Shown piece after piece: positions 9,634-19,666 of a stretch of 64,000 nt of DNA (position 1 is the first letter of the stretch; every line of letters begins with the position of its first letter). The translations under genes were made by a program, and so were the position numbers. A model generated the notes under the pieces. That model did not search any database, was not told the DNA's origin, and saw nothing but the letters and a program-made list of their open reading frames with translations. This stretch comes from Alphaproteobacteria bacterium (GTDB taxonomy: Bacteria; Pseudomonadota; Alphaproteobacteria; Sphingomonadales; Sphingomonadaceae), in assembly GCA_046566245.1 (NCBI GenBank), contig JBKHXB010000001.1:4221-68220 (forward strand). Reading direction: 5' to 3'.

Positions 9634-10932
9634 ATGTATCAGAACCAGAATTGGTCAACCGATGTAAGTCTCGCGCGATTTGGCGGTATTCGCGAGTTTC
9701 GTTTCGCCTGGCGCTCGCTCGGAGCTGGCCTGCTCGTCTCAGCGCTGGTCGCCGCATATGCGCTGCAGCACTCGGCCGCGCCCGCCACGCCGGCAGCCAA
9801 ACCAGCCGTGGCTGAGCCGATGAAGAAGCCCGCCCCGGTTCCGGATGAGACGTTCGTTACTCCGCCGGGCGCGACGGCCGAGCTGTTCGTTGCTTGGACC
9901 GCTGGTGACTCGCTCAGCGAACTGCTCGAGCGCGCCGGTGTGGGGAAAAGCGACGCAACCAGGGCAGCCCAGCTCGTGGCCCGCGCCTTGCCCGCCGGCG
10001 TTCCGGAAGGAACGGAAATCGCAATTCTTGTCGGCGAAACGATCGCGAACGATGAGCGGCAGCTCTCTCGGCTGTCGTTCACCCCGAGCCCTGCATTCAA
10101 GATTACGATTGGGCGGACGCCGTCCGGGGAGCTGAAGCTGGCGCGGGACGCTCTAGTCGTCGACGCCAAGCCGCGGAAGTTTAGCGGCCGGGCCGGATCC
10201 GATCTGTTCTGGTCGATGCGAGCTGCCGGAGTCCCAGCAGGATCGGCGCGCGAGTTTCTCGAAGCGCTCGCACGCCGCATGAACCCTCGCTCAATCGCAC
10301 CAAACGACCGGTTCGAGCTGGTCGTCGACCATATGCGCACAAGCAATGGCGAGAGCCGCGCCGGGCCGTTACTCTATGCCTCGCTGAACCGGAACGGCCG
10401 CGGAGGCCTGACACTCGTCCGCTGGACCGTGGCTGGACAGACGGCTCTCTTTGAGCCCGGAAAGCCAGTTCAGGATGTCGGCGGGCTTGCAAAGCCGGTC
10501 AACGGCAGCATCAGCTCCCGCTTCGGTCACAGAATTCACCCGATCCTGCGTTTCATGCGGCTTCATTCTGGCGTCGATTTCCGTGCCGGCTGGGGCACTC
10601 CGGTGATCGCCGCAGCTGACGGGATCGTCGGTGCCGCGGGTTGGGCGGGCGGATACGGTCAGCAAGTTCGAGTGACGCATTTGAATGGTGTCGCGACCAG
10701 CTACTCCCACCTCAGCGGCGTAGCTGTCGAGCGGGGCATGCGGGTACGCCGCGGCGATGTCATTGGCTTCGTCGGATCAAGTGGCTTGTCGACCGGCTCC
10801 CACCTTCACTTCGAAGTCCGGCAATACGGCCGCCCGGTCGATCCGCTAAGCTTTAAGTTCGAGCCACCGCCGATCAGCGCCAGCGAACTCGCGGCGCTAA
10901 GCGCGCGAGCCGATCAGCTTCGTGGAGTCTAG
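9634..10932 (+). CDS. M23 family metallopeptidase
   Basis: RLHSGVDF (HxxxD) and STGSHLHFEV (HxH) motifs, N-terminal TM segment. Start is 9616 or 9634. Confidence 0.9.
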   Translation: MYQNQNWSTDVSLARFGGIREFRFAWRSLGAGLLVSALVAAYALQHSAAPATPAAKPAVAEPMKKPAPVPDETFVTPPGATAELFVAWTAGDSLSELLERAGVGKSDATRAAQLVARALPAGVPEGTEIAILVGETIANDERQLSRLSFTPSPAFKITIGRTPSGELKLARDALVVDAKPRKFSGRAGSDLFWSMRAAGVPAGSAREFLEALARRMNPRSIAPNDRFELVVDHMRTSNGESRAGPLLYASLNRNGRGGLTLVRWTVAGQTALFEPGKPVQDVGGLAKPVNGSISSRFGHRIHPILRFMRLHSGVDFRAGWGTPVIAAADGIVGAAGWAGGYGQQVRVTHLNGVATSYSHLSGVAVERGMRVRRGDVIGFVGSSGLSTGSHLHFEVRQYGRPVDPLSFKFEPPPISASELAALSARADQLRGV

Positions 10933-11673
10933 CTAGAAGCCGGCAGCGCGCGCCGCCGCAATCGCAGTCCAAAGGATCGCAGCAACGGCAAGCAACGCTC
11001 CGAACGGCATCCTCTCGCTCGCGGACCGCTGCTGAACGAGCGCGATCGCGAGGCCAGTCAGGGATGCCAGGATAAGAATCGCCGGAAGCGGTGCCCATCC
11101 GGTCCACAAGCCGATGGCCCCCAACATCTTGGGATCCCCGGCACCCAGACCATCGCGACCGCGAAGCCGCGAGTAGGCCAGCGCGATCAGTGCAAGCGCG
11201 AGAAAGCCGGAGCCTCCCCCGATCAGCCGATCGGCAAGCGTTGCGCCGGTCGCAAGCCCTCCGAGCAGCAGTCCGGCAACTGCGAGGACTGCATTCAGCG
11301 TGTCGGGCAACCAGAAATGCCTGGCGTCGAGCACTGCCAGGGCAATCAGAAGCAGCCATAACAGCGCCAGCGCAACACCTGTCAGATTCGGCTGCAGCAG
11401 CAGCGCAATGCCAGCGAGAGCCCCCGCCCCGGCCTCGAGGGCGAAATGGAGCGGAGCGATCCGCCCGCCACAGCTCCGGCACTTTTCGCCGGAAATGGCG
11501 CCGGACAGGACCGGCACCAATTCCCAAACGCGCAAAGCCCGTCCGCAATGGTCACAGCTGGATCGGCCCGTCATGGCCTGCCGGCCCTCTGGCCACCGGA
11601 TGCAAAGTGTCGCCAGAAAGCTGCCTACAATTGCTCCACCGACGGCGCCGAGGGCTGGCATAAGGACGGTCAC
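10933..11673 (-). CDS. gspO: Prepilin peptidase (A24)
   Basis: GSFLAT, CDHC and CRSC Cys pairs, GLGAGDPKM, PFG motifs. Confidence 0.9.
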   Translation of the reverse strand: MTVLMPALGAVGGAIVGSFLATLCIRWPEGRQAMTGRSSCDHCGRALRVWELVPVLSGAISGEKCRSCGGRIAPLHFALEAGAGALAGIALLLQPNLTGVALALLWLLLIALAVLDARHFWLPDTLNAVLAVAGLLLGGLATGATLADRLIGGGSGFLALALIALAYSRLRGRDGLGAGDPKMLGAIGLWTGWAPLPAILILASLTGLAIALVQQRSASERMPFGALLAVAAILWTAIAAARAAGF

Positions 11674-12374
11674 AGCCGCCCATCCACCGAAAGCCTGAGT
11701 CCGTCCGCGGACGGGCGGAAACCGAATAGTGCCAGGCCGGAGTTCATGACGGGATCGCTGCTGCGGATGGTCATCCAGGCACGATAGTCGCCGGAATCCC
11801 GCACGTAGAATTCGATCCTCTCGGCCCCCGACGCGCTTTCCATCCTCACTCGCGCCCGTTCTCCCTCACACTCGACAGCGCCGGACAATCCCGGGTTGAT
11901 CTGCAAACCGGGAATTGGCGCTGCAAGGATGGGGGCGATTCGGCCGCCCGCTTCGGCGCACTGACCGTTGCGGAACAGCACCGTCACGTCAGTAAGCTCA
12001 ACTGCGCCGACGGGAATCGGCGTGAAAATTTCGCCGACCGGGATTCGGCCGCTGGTCGAGCGGATACCCCTTTTCCTTCCAACCACGAGCTGACCGGTGA
12101 GCGGTCCCTCCGGGCTATCGAGCCGACTGAACTTCATGCTGATACTTCCCACCAGCAGCGCTACGGGATCGAGAGTCACTTCAAGCGTTCCGACCGGCTG
12201 CGAGCGCAGCTGGAGATCACCGATTCGCCCGTACCAGATCGTCCCGGCGACCTGGCGCGCTGCGAATCCGATGCGCTCGAAATCGGACCAGGCAAGGGCG
12301 AGGCGAAGTGGAAACAACGCGACCAGGGCCAGCGCGGCAATGCCGATCGTCCAGATCGCCCAGCGGACGTTCAT
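11670..12374 (-). CDS. gspN: Type II secretion protein N
   Basis: Position in operon; N-terminal TM then GTIWYG motif. Confidence 0.8.
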   Translation of the reverse strand: MNVRWAIWTIGIAALALVALFPLRLALAWSDFERIGFAARQVAGTIWYGRIGDLQLRSQPVGTLEVTLDPVALLVGSISMKFSRLDSPEGPLTGQLVVGRKRGIRSTSGRIPVGEIFTPIPVGAVELTDVTVLFRNGQCAEAGGRIAPILAAPIPGLQINPGLSGAVECEGERARVRMESASGAERIEFYVRDSGDYRAWMTIRSSDPVMNSGLALFGFRPSADGLRLSVDGRL

Positions 12375-12375
12375 C

Positions 12376-12849
12376 CTAGCGCCTTGCAAGACGTGCGGAA
12401 ACATTCACCACCCCCTCTCCAGCGGGGGTGATCCGCAATTCCTGAATTGAAAGCCCGCGCGCTTCGAGGCCTCGAAGCCATTCCGTTGCTGCGGGCGCCG
12501 CCGTATTCGCAATGGTCAGCGAGATGCTTTCAGCACCCGATGGATTAACGTCCCCAAGCGCAATTCCGGCGGCGCCCGCCGCCTCGGTGACCAGTAGCTG
12601 AAGATCGATATTCCGGTTGAGTCGTGCTCGCGAGGGCTCCGCTTCGATGGCCTTTGCAAGAGTGAGAATTCGCCCATGGCGATCGATGGCCTGAAGGTGT
12701 CGCTCGTGCGCGGCCTGGTACGCGTTCGCCAGCGGCAGCACGATCGCAAGCCAGATGAACAGCGGCAAGGCGATGCCGACCATTGCCACAATCAGCCATT
12801 GCTCGCGTCTCGTGCGAGCCCGATACCATTCGCGAACTCTGATGATCAC
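12376..12849 (-). CDS. gspM: Type II secretion protein M
   Basis: WYRARTRREQWLI N-terminus, single TM, WLRGLEARG; operon position. Confidence 0.85.
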   Translation of the reverse strand: MIIRVREWYRARTRREQWLIVAMVGIALPLFIWLAIVLPLANAYQAAHERHLQAIDRHGRILTLAKAIEAEPSRARLNRNIDLQLLVTEAAGAAGIALGDVNPSGAESISLTIANTAAPAATEWLRGLEARGLSIQELRITPAGEGVVNVSARLARR

Positions 12850-13961
12850 GGTCCTGTCCTAACGGTCACGTCGACCATCGACCGGCCATCCGGAGCCTGT
12901 CTTGGCACCGCCGTGATGCGATATCCATCGCGCTGAACCGCGACCAACACACGATTGATCGCATCAAGAGTCGGCGCTGCAAGCGTAGCCGCCAGCGTTC
13001 CATCCGGGCGATAGGACAATTCCGTCGCGCTTACGCTCTGTTCCGCCTGAAGCGCCGAATAGAGGCCGGTCAACGGCGTCATGACGCCCCCGTACGATCC
13101 GCCACCGAGGCGCTGGGAAAGATCAGATTCCGCGTTTTCCAAGGCAAGGGGACGGCCGAGCACCCGGCCGGCCACCGCGAGGCTTTCCCCGTTGAGGCGG
13201 TCGGTTGCAGCGTTCAATTTCATGATCGCGACCAACACATAAATCAATGCGAGGAGCGGGATCATCAATGCGATTAGCGCCATTTTTCTAATGCGGTCCC
13301 TGTCGACAACTATCCGGCGCCGGCGAGCCATCCTGCCGGTGCGAAGGTCAAGCGGCGGCTGGCTTGCGGCAGCGACAATGGCAGCCTCGACTTCCTGTTG
13401 CGAAAGTACCGCTGCTTCTCGATTCCCGACGATGTGCGCGGCCAGCTCCGGCTCGAATGCCAGAACTGTTCCGGCTCGACCGATCACCTCTTCTGTCCCG
13501 ATCGTCGCCACCGTCCAATCTTCGCTTGAGGGCAGCAGAGCACCGACCGGAACCACGTGGTCCGGATCGACCGCGACGGCTCGGGTCCAGTCCAGCCAAG
13601 CGAGCATCAAACCGTTGTCGACGACCGCGGTAAGCACCTTGTCGCCGTCCACGGTGCTGACAGCGTGAAGCGCCGGGGATTCGCCGAGGCTCATGTCGAT
13701 CGCGGCCAGACGTGCAACGGAGGACGCCTGACGCTCGGATGCCGATGGAGGCCGGTCAGTGAATTCGGTTCGGACGCTCGCCGCAGGAGCAAGCGCGACA
13801 AGCTTGCGGCGCCCCGGCTCGCCGCCACCGGCGAGCGCAATCCAGTCTATGCCCGTGCCCGAGTCCAGCACGCGCCTATCGTCCACCAGCCACCAGCTCG
13901 CCTCGAGCTGCTGCGAGTCCGGAACCTGGGGGAGGATGAAGACGACTGCGCCGGTCATCAT
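12846..13961 (-). CDS. gspL: Type II secretion protein L
   Basis: Actin-like N-terminal region, LDLRTG, TM, periplasmic C-terminus; operon position. Confidence 0.85.
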   Translation of the reverse strand: MMTGAVVFILPQVPDSQQLEASWWLVDDRRVLDSGTGIDWIALAGGGEPGRRKLVALAPAASVRTEFTDRPPSASERQASSVARLAAIDMSLGESPALHAVSTVDGDKVLTAVVDNGLMLAWLDWTRAVAVDPDHVVPVGALLPSSEDWTVATIGTEEVIGRAGTVLAFEPELAAHIVGNREAAVLSQQEVEAAIVAAASQPPLDLRTGRMARRRRIVVDRDRIRKMALIALMIPLLALIYVLVAIMKLNAATDRLNGESLAVAGRVLGRPLALENAESDLSQRLGGGSYGGVMTPLTGLYSALQAEQSVSATELSYRPDGTLAATLAAPTLDAINRVLVAVQRDGYRITAVPRQAPDGRSMVDVTVRTGP

Positions 13962-14932
13962 TGTGCAGCCTGGCCGAAGGAGCGGCTGACAACCCGAGCC
14001 GGCGGACGGCTGGCGTCGATAAGAGCCGTTTCATTGACCTGCACGCCGGCGGACTCGACGCGCGCTTGAATCCTGAAGAAGGTTGTGCGCACCTTTAGTT
14101 GCGCGCTTGCTTCCGATGATGGGTCGAGCCCGGCCATGACCGGCGACTCCCAGAATTTGAGAATGCTCCCGTAACCGCCATCTGGACGCGCGGCGATTTG
14201 TGCCTTGGCGCGCGCAGCGTCGAGCTTGCCTGGAAGGATCATCGCCAGCAACGGTGCCTGCTCGGGGGCCAGCGTGTTGACGTTTAGCGGCGAGAGATCC
14301 GTCGTCGGAAGCGCGCAGATCCATGGCCTGAGCAGGTTGTAGTGGCTGTCGGAAACGCCCGCAACCGCGCGAATCTCGCTGGCGTGCGCGATCATCCTGT
14401 TGGCAGCAAGGACCGCGCCGGAGCGGTCTTCTGCTCCCGAAGCCAGGGGGAGAGAATCACTGTCGATGTAATCCGTCGCGGACGCCGCAATCTGGACCGC
14501 CTCACTCTCGGGGATCCCGACGAGGGTCATCAGGGCCTTGAACTGTCCTTGTGCGAGCGGCCGCGCCACGAGCTTCCCGTCCGGCCGCCGTTCGACCAGA
14601 CTGTTGAGGTTGAAGCAATTGCCACCGTCCTCGACGCGGACGCGCGCGGCAGCACCGTCGGGAAGCGTGATGGACCGCTCGGTGCCCATCCAACCGCCGG
14701 CAAGCGTCGTCTGGACCTGGTCAGCGGCAAGTAAATCCTCGATCCGGCTGGCCGCAAGGAGTTCGGCGGTTTCGAGCCAGGCCCGCGCCTGCCCGATCGT
14801 CGCCGCGTTTGCGATCAGGCGAGCGCCGACGGAAATGCGGTCGAGAGCCGTGGCTGCGATCGTCGCCATCACCGCGACAAGCAGAAGCACAGTGAGAAGC
14901 GCAGCGCCCCTTTCCCCCGGGCGGACGGTCAT
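13958..14932 (-). CDS. gspK: Type II secretion minor pseudopilin K
   Basis: ERGAALLTVLL prepilin-like site, CFNLNSL, LNVNT motifs. Confidence 0.9.
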   Translation of the reverse strand: MTVRPGERGAALLTVLLLVAVMATIAATALDRISVGARLIANAATIGQARAWLETAELLAASRIEDLLAADQVQTTLAGGWMGTERSITLPDGAAARVRVEDGGNCFNLNSLVERRPDGKLVARPLAQGQFKALMTLVGIPESEAVQIAASATDYIDSDSLPLASGAEDRSGAVLAANRMIAHASEIRAVAGVSDSHYNLLRPWICALPTTDLSPLNVNTLAPEQAPLLAMILPGKLDAARAKAQIAARPDGGYGSILKFWESPVMAGLDPSSEASAQLKVRTTFFRIQARVESAGVQVNETALIDASRPPARVVSRSFGQAAQ

Positions 14933-15546
14933 GACACCGCCCCCGGATTGGAAGGCGCAGCGCCTTGCGGGAGCGAAAATACCATCACCACCGGCGCACC
15001 TTGCACCGGCGTGATCGTTAGCTCGACTGCGGCGGGAAACGTCGTCTGATCCGTAGACCGGAATGAGCCCGCCCAGCTGCCGTCGGGCATGCGATAGCGG
15101 AGCGTTGCCGCCGCGAGGTTGCGGGCGATCGGCGCGGCCCGCGCGCCTGCGTTGCCGCCGTCCAGAATTTTGAACCCGGTGCGCGCCAGCGTTCGATCCT
15201 CGAACTGCCACTCGACGCGTTGCAGGTCGGAACGGGCTTCCTGGTCGATATTTGCCCAGCCCAGCCGGACAAATCGCATTCCCCGAGCGTCTCCCTCGAA
15301 TGCGGGACGGTCCCCCGATGGCGAACGCGTCGGACGGTCGACCGCCTGGCCGAGATCGCTCGACAGCAATGCATAGAGGCGCCCTAGCCCCCCGATCTGG
15401 CCCAGCCGTTCTTCCACCGCAGCTTGCGTGTCCACGCTTGCCCTGAGGATTCCCACGCCCGCGGTCGACAGAAGCGCGAAGATGACGAGCGCGACGAGCA
15501 TCTCGACCAGAGTGAAGCCGCTGGTGGATGGTTGAGCCGGCATCAT
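14929..15546 (-). CDS. gspJ: Type II secretion minor pseudopilin J
   Basis: GFTLVEMLVAL methylation motif. Confidence 0.9.
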   Translation of the reverse strand: MMPAQPSTSGFTLVEMLVALVIFALLSTAGVGILRASVDTQAAVEERLGQIGGLGRLYALLSSDLGQAVDRPTRSPSGDRPAFEGDARGMRFVRLGWANIDQEARSDLQRVEWQFEDRTLARTGFKILDGGNAGARAAPIARNLAAATLRYRMPDGSWAGSFRSTDQTTFPAAVELTITPVQGAPVVMVFSLPQGAAPSNPGAVS

Positions 15547-15911
15547 TGCACCCGCTTCACGATGGTGGTCGCAGCGCGCGCTCCCGATGCGGGCTCGAAC
15601 ACGATTATGTCGATCCGGACGAGCCGCTGATCATCGGTTGGAGTGACGATACGCCGGACGCCAAACCTTCGGCCTCCGTTGGCGACCGCGGAATTTGTCG
15701 AGCCACGAACGATCGAGCCGCGATCGGTCGCAGCAAGCGCCGCCTCATTGCGCGCCACAAGCGTCGCCATCGCGCGCGAATCGAGGTCGGCCGTAGTGGT
15801 AATGGCGAACGTATCGAGGCGCATCAAAGCGAGCGCCGCGATCGCGAACACCGACAGCGCGACCAACAATTCGATGAGCGTGAAGCCGGTTGCCGGGGGC
15901 GCACCCTTCAT
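15543..15911 (-). CDS. gspI: Type II secretion minor pseudopilin I
   Basis: GFTLIELLVAL motif. Confidence 0.9.
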   Translation of the reverse strand: MKGAPPATGFTLIELLVALSVFAIAALALMRLDTFAITTTADLDSRAMATLVARNEAALAATDRGSIVRGSTNSAVANGGRRFGVRRIVTPTDDQRLVRIDIIVFEPASGARAATTIVKRVQ

Positions 15912-15917
15912 TGGGTT

Positions 15918-16361
15918 CTACTCCACCGACACGTCGCCATTCGCATCCACCCGGACACGCGCGGCCTGCCCTCCCCGCGAGACTCGGACCTCGAACGGCT
16001 GGTCCGCCATGCCTAAGCTGTCGAATCGAACCCTGGCCCGTCCGCCGGGCGGCGCGGCGGCTGCAACGTCGGTTCCCTTGGCCCAGTTTTCGGTATCGAA
16101 CGGCTTGTCCGACATCGCCTCCCAATGACCATCCCGGAAGCGATCGAAGCCATAGCCCGACGGACTGGTCCACGCGCTGATTGGCTGCCCCGTAAGGATT
16201 GCCTGGTCGCGGGCCGCAGCAAGTCTTCCGGCGAAGCGCGCCGCGCTCTCGCCGGGTCCGCCGCCGGGCGGGCCGACAGTGAAGATGACCGCTCCGGACA
16301 GCAGGCCAATGACCGCAATCACGATCATCAGCTCGACAAGGGTGAAGCCATTACGCGACAT
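15918..16361 (-). CDS. gspH: Type II secretion minor pseudopilin H
   Basis: GFTLVELMIV motif; position after gspG. Confidence 0.88.
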   Translation of the reverse strand: MSRNGFTLVELMIVIAVIGLLSGAVIFTVGPPGGGPGESAARFAGRLAAARDQAILTGQPISAWTSPSGYGFDRFRDGHWEAMSDKPFDTENWAKGTDVAAAAPPGGRARVRFDSLGMADQPFEVRVSRGGQAARVRVDANGDVSVE

Positions 16362-16370
16362 CGGCGGGCC

Positions 16371-16826
16371 TCAGCCCTCTCCGCCATAAATATCGGCATT
16401 CTCGCCTTCACCGCCCGGAGCCCCGTCGGCGCCAAGCGAATATATCTCGAACGGACCGCTTCGTCCGGGCACGGCCAGCTGGTACGGGCGGCCCCACGGG
16501 TCCTTCGGCAGGCTCTTGATGTAGCCGCCCCGGCGATAGCGACCGCCCTGCGAACCGGCAGGAGGGTTGACCAGCACGTTGAGGTCGCCGCTCGTCGGAT
16601 AGGAAAGGTTGTCTAGCCGGTACATCTCGAGCGCCTGTTCGAGGGTCGCGATATCCGCGCGAGCCTTGGTCGCCATTGCCTTGTCCTGGCTCGGCAGCAC
16701 GTTGATCATCACGACTGTCGCCAAAAGACCGATGATCACAATGACGACCATCAGCTCGACGAGAGTGAACCCGTCTTCTGAAATGCCGGGGGCACGCTTT
16801 GGCACCGGCCGCGGCGGACGGCTCAT
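16371..16826 (-). CDS. gspG: Type II secretion major pseudopilin G
   Basis: GFTLVELMVVIVIIGLL, LEMYRLDN, LPKDPWGRPY, SLGADG motifs. Confidence 0.95.
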   Translation of the reverse strand: MSRPPRPVPKRAPGISEDGFTLVELMVVIVIIGLLATVVMINVLPSQDKAMATKARADIATLEQALEMYRLDNLSYPTSGDLNVLVNPPAGSQGGRYRRGGYIKSLPKDPWGRPYQLAVPGRSGPFEIYSLGADGAPGGEGENADIYGGEG

Positions 16827-16863
16827 GTCGAGGAACAGGTTGAGTAGAAGGCGCGCAATCACA

Positions 16864-18090
16864 TTAGCCTCCGACAAGGTTTTCGAGTTGAAGAATCGGC
16901 AGCAGGATCGACAGCACGATGACCGCGACGATCGCGCCCATGACGACGATGATCGCGGGCTCCAGCATCGACAGCGCGGTGGCGGTGAAATTGTCGAATT
17001 CGCGCTCGAGATACTCGGCGGCCTGCGCGAGCATTACATCGAGACGGCCCACGCTCTCGCCGCTGGCGGCGAGATAGACCAGGAGCGGCGGGAATACGCC
17101 TGCCCGACCAAGCGCGCCGGAAAGACTGCCGCCACCCCGGATTGCGCTAACCAGTTCTGCGGTCGCCTTGCGCAGCGCCCGGTTCTGAACCGTGCCGGCG
17201 GTCAGCTTCAGGCCTTCGACAAGCGGTAGCCGGCTTTCGATCATCGTCGCCAGCGTGCGCGCCATGCGGGCCCCGTGCAGATCGCGGATGATTCGCCCGA
17301 TCAGCGGCAGGCGGAGAAGCATCCGGTCGAAGGAGAGGCGTACGCGCTCGTTGCGAAGCGCGCGCGCCCCGCCGAGCGCGGCGGCTGCAAGCACGGCCAG
17401 CAATGCCCACCAATAGCCTGCAAGGAAGCTGCTGATCGCGATGACGACCCGGGTGAGCAGGGGAAGCTGCTGGCCGACGTCGTTGAACTGTTCGACGACC
17501 TGGGGAACGACCCCGATCATGAGGGCTGCGACGACACCGACCGCGACCAGCGTCAAAACCACCGGATAGGCAAGCGCCGACACGATCTTGCCGCGCATCT
17601 CCGCCTGCCGCTCGAGCAATCGCGAAAGCCGGTCGAGGAGGTCGGGCAGTGAGCCAGAGCTTTCGCCGGCCGCCACCATCGCCCGGTAGAGCGGAGGAAA
17701 ACTCCTGGGTTCACGACCGAGAGCATCGGCGAGCCGACGCCCTTCCACGACACCATCGGCGACGCGCGAAACGATCGCCCGGACATGCTCCTGCTCGCTC
17801 TGGCGGGCGATGGTCCGAAGCGATTCCTCGAGCGGACTCACCTGGTTCAAGGTCGACAGCTGACGCGTGAAGAGCGTTAGCTGTTTGGCCGAAAGCCTGT
17901 CACGGCGGCCCAGGCGAAGTCCGCTGGCCGCACTCTCTGTCGAGCCGGGCCCGGCCTTGGGCTTCACTTTGACGACGTAGAGCTTGCGCGCTTCGAGGCC
18001 CGCGCGGGCGTCGGCATCGTTCGCCGCCTTGACGGTCCCGCGCCTTTCCTTGCCGCGTGGATCGACGGCTATGTAGGCAAATTCAGGCAT
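16864..18090 (-). CDS. gspF: Type II secretion inner-membrane protein F
   Basis: FTRQLSTL, AGESSGSL, ALAYP, GESVGRLD, LEPAII motifs. Confidence 0.95.
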   Translation of the reverse strand: MPEFAYIAVDPRGKERRGTVKAANDADARAGLEARKLYVVKVKPKAGPGSTESAASGLRLGRRDRLSAKQLTLFTRQLSTLNQVSPLEESLRTIARQSEQEHVRAIVSRVADGVVEGRRLADALGREPRSFPPLYRAMVAAGESSGSLPDLLDRLSRLLERQAEMRGKIVSALAYPVVLTLVAVGVVAALMIGVVPQVVEQFNDVGQQLPLLTRVVIAISSFLAGYWWALLAVLAAAALGGARALRNERVRLSFDRMLLRLPLIGRIIRDLHGARMARTLATMIESRLPLVEGLKLTAGTVQNRALRKATAELVSAIRGGGSLSGALGRAGVFPPLLVYLAASGESVGRLDVMLAQAAEYLEREFDNFTATALSMLEPAIIVVMGAIVAVIVLSILLPILQLENLVGG

Positions 18091-19666
18091 TGGCCGAAGT
18101 GTCCTCGCCGCGCGAGACACGGATGGCTTCCTCAGGCGTGGTCTCGCCGGCCGCAACCAAGGCACGCACCGCCGTCGACAGGTTCGGCGCTGAAGCGAAG
18201 GCGTGCCGGGCAATGGCGGCTTCGTCCGCGCCTTCGTTGATCATACGCCTTATGGTCTGGTCGATGCGAACGGCCTCGAACACGCCGGTGCGGCCCCGGA
18301 ACCCCGTTTGCGCGCAGCGGTCGCATCCCACCGCGCGATAGACGCTTGCGCCCACTTCGAAGCCAAGCAAGGCCGCCAGGCCCGTTTCAGCGGGCACCGC
18401 TTGCCGGCAGGCGCTGCAAAGTCGCCGGACAAGCCGCTGCGCAACGACCGCGCGCAGGCTCGATGCGAGCAGAAATGGCTCCACCTTCATGTCACGCAAC
18501 CGGGTGATTGCGCCAAGGGCGTCGTTGGTGTGGACGGTCGAGAGCACGAGATGCCCGGTCAGCGACGCCTGGACCGCGATGTCGGCTGTCTCTCGGTCGC
18601 GGATTTCGCCGACCATGACCACGTCGGGGTCCTGGCGCAGGATTGCCCTGAGGCCGGCGGCGAAGCTCATGCCTACCTTCGGGTTCACCTGCGTCTGGCC
18701 AATTCCGTCGATCGCATATTCGACCGGGTCCTCGACGGTGAGGATATTGCGGCTCCCGTCATTGAGCTGCTGGAGGCAGGCGTAGAGCGTCGTCGTCTTT
18801 CCCGAGCCGGTCGGGCCGGTGACGAGAACGATCCCGTTCGGCTCTTCGAGCGCTCCGCGAAGGATGGTGTCGGCCGCGCCCGATACTCCGAGGTCGTCGA
18901 GCGTGAGGCCGGCAGAATCCTTATCGAGGATTCGAAGCACGACCCGCTCGCCGGCGCGGCTCGGAAGCGTCGAAACGCGCACGTCCAGGACCTTCCCGCC
19001 AAGCGTTAGCCCGATCCGGCCGTCCTGCGGGACCCGCCGCTCGGCGATATCGAGTCGAGCCATGACCTTGATCCGGCTGACGACAACGGGCGCCACGTGC
19101 GGCGGCATGCGCAGGCTTTCCCGGAGCACCCCGTCAACGCGCATGCGCACCACGAGCCCATTCTCGTACGGCTCCACGTGGATGTCGCTGACTCCACGGC
19201 GAACGGCCTCGGCGATGATCCCGTTGATGAGACGGATTGCGGGCGCATCGTCGGCGCTGTCGAGCAGATCTTCGGCCGTCGGCAAGCCCGTGGCCAGCGC
19301 GTCAAGCTCGTCACCGCTGTCGATCGCGCCGACCAGTCCTGCAGCGCTCTGGTTGACCGCGTATCGAGAGTGAAGATAGCGATCGAAATCCGCCAGGGCC
19401 GCGGCTTGCACCTCGAACCTCAGGCCCAGGTGTCTGCGCACTTCGATCAGCACCCTGGGGTCGGCGCCCTCGCGGAGCGCGACGATAACTTTGTCGTCCT
19501 CGGTGGGCACGATGACGACGCCATTGGCCTTCGCGAAAGCATAGGGGATGTCGAGGACGGCGGAGACGACGAAGCGCTCGACCTCGACGGCCGGTGGCAT
19601 CTCGGCAGCGACCGCATGTGCTTCTTCGCCCAGAACCGACTTCTCGACCACCATGACGCCGGTCAT
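18083..19666 (-). CDS. gspE: Type II secretion ATPase E
   Basis: SDIHVEP, Walker A GPTGSGKTT, TVEDPVEY, LRQDPD, STVHTND, Cys pairs. Confidence 0.96.
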   Translation of the reverse strand: MTGVMVVEKSVLGEEAHAVAAEMPPAVEVERFVVSAVLDIPYAFAKANGVVIVPTEDDKVIVALREGADPRVLIEVRRHLGLRFEVQAAALADFDRYLHSRYAVNQSAAGLVGAIDSGDELDALATGLPTAEDLLDSADDAPAIRLINGIIAEAVRRGVSDIHVEPYENGLVVRMRVDGVLRESLRMPPHVAPVVVSRIKVMARLDIAERRVPQDGRIGLTLGGKVLDVRVSTLPSRAGERVVLRILDKDSAGLTLDDLGVSGAADTILRGALEEPNGIVLVTGPTGSGKTTTLYACLQQLNDGSRNILTVEDPVEYAIDGIGQTQVNPKVGMSFAAGLRAILRQDPDVVMVGEIRDRETADIAVQASLTGHLVLSTVHTNDALGAITRLRDMKVEPFLLASSLRAVVAQRLVRRLCSACRQAVPAETGLAALLGFEVGASVYRAVGCDRCAQTGFRGRTGVFEAVRIDQTIRRMINEGADEAAIARHAFASAPNLSTAVRALVAAGETTPEEAIRVSRGEDTSANA

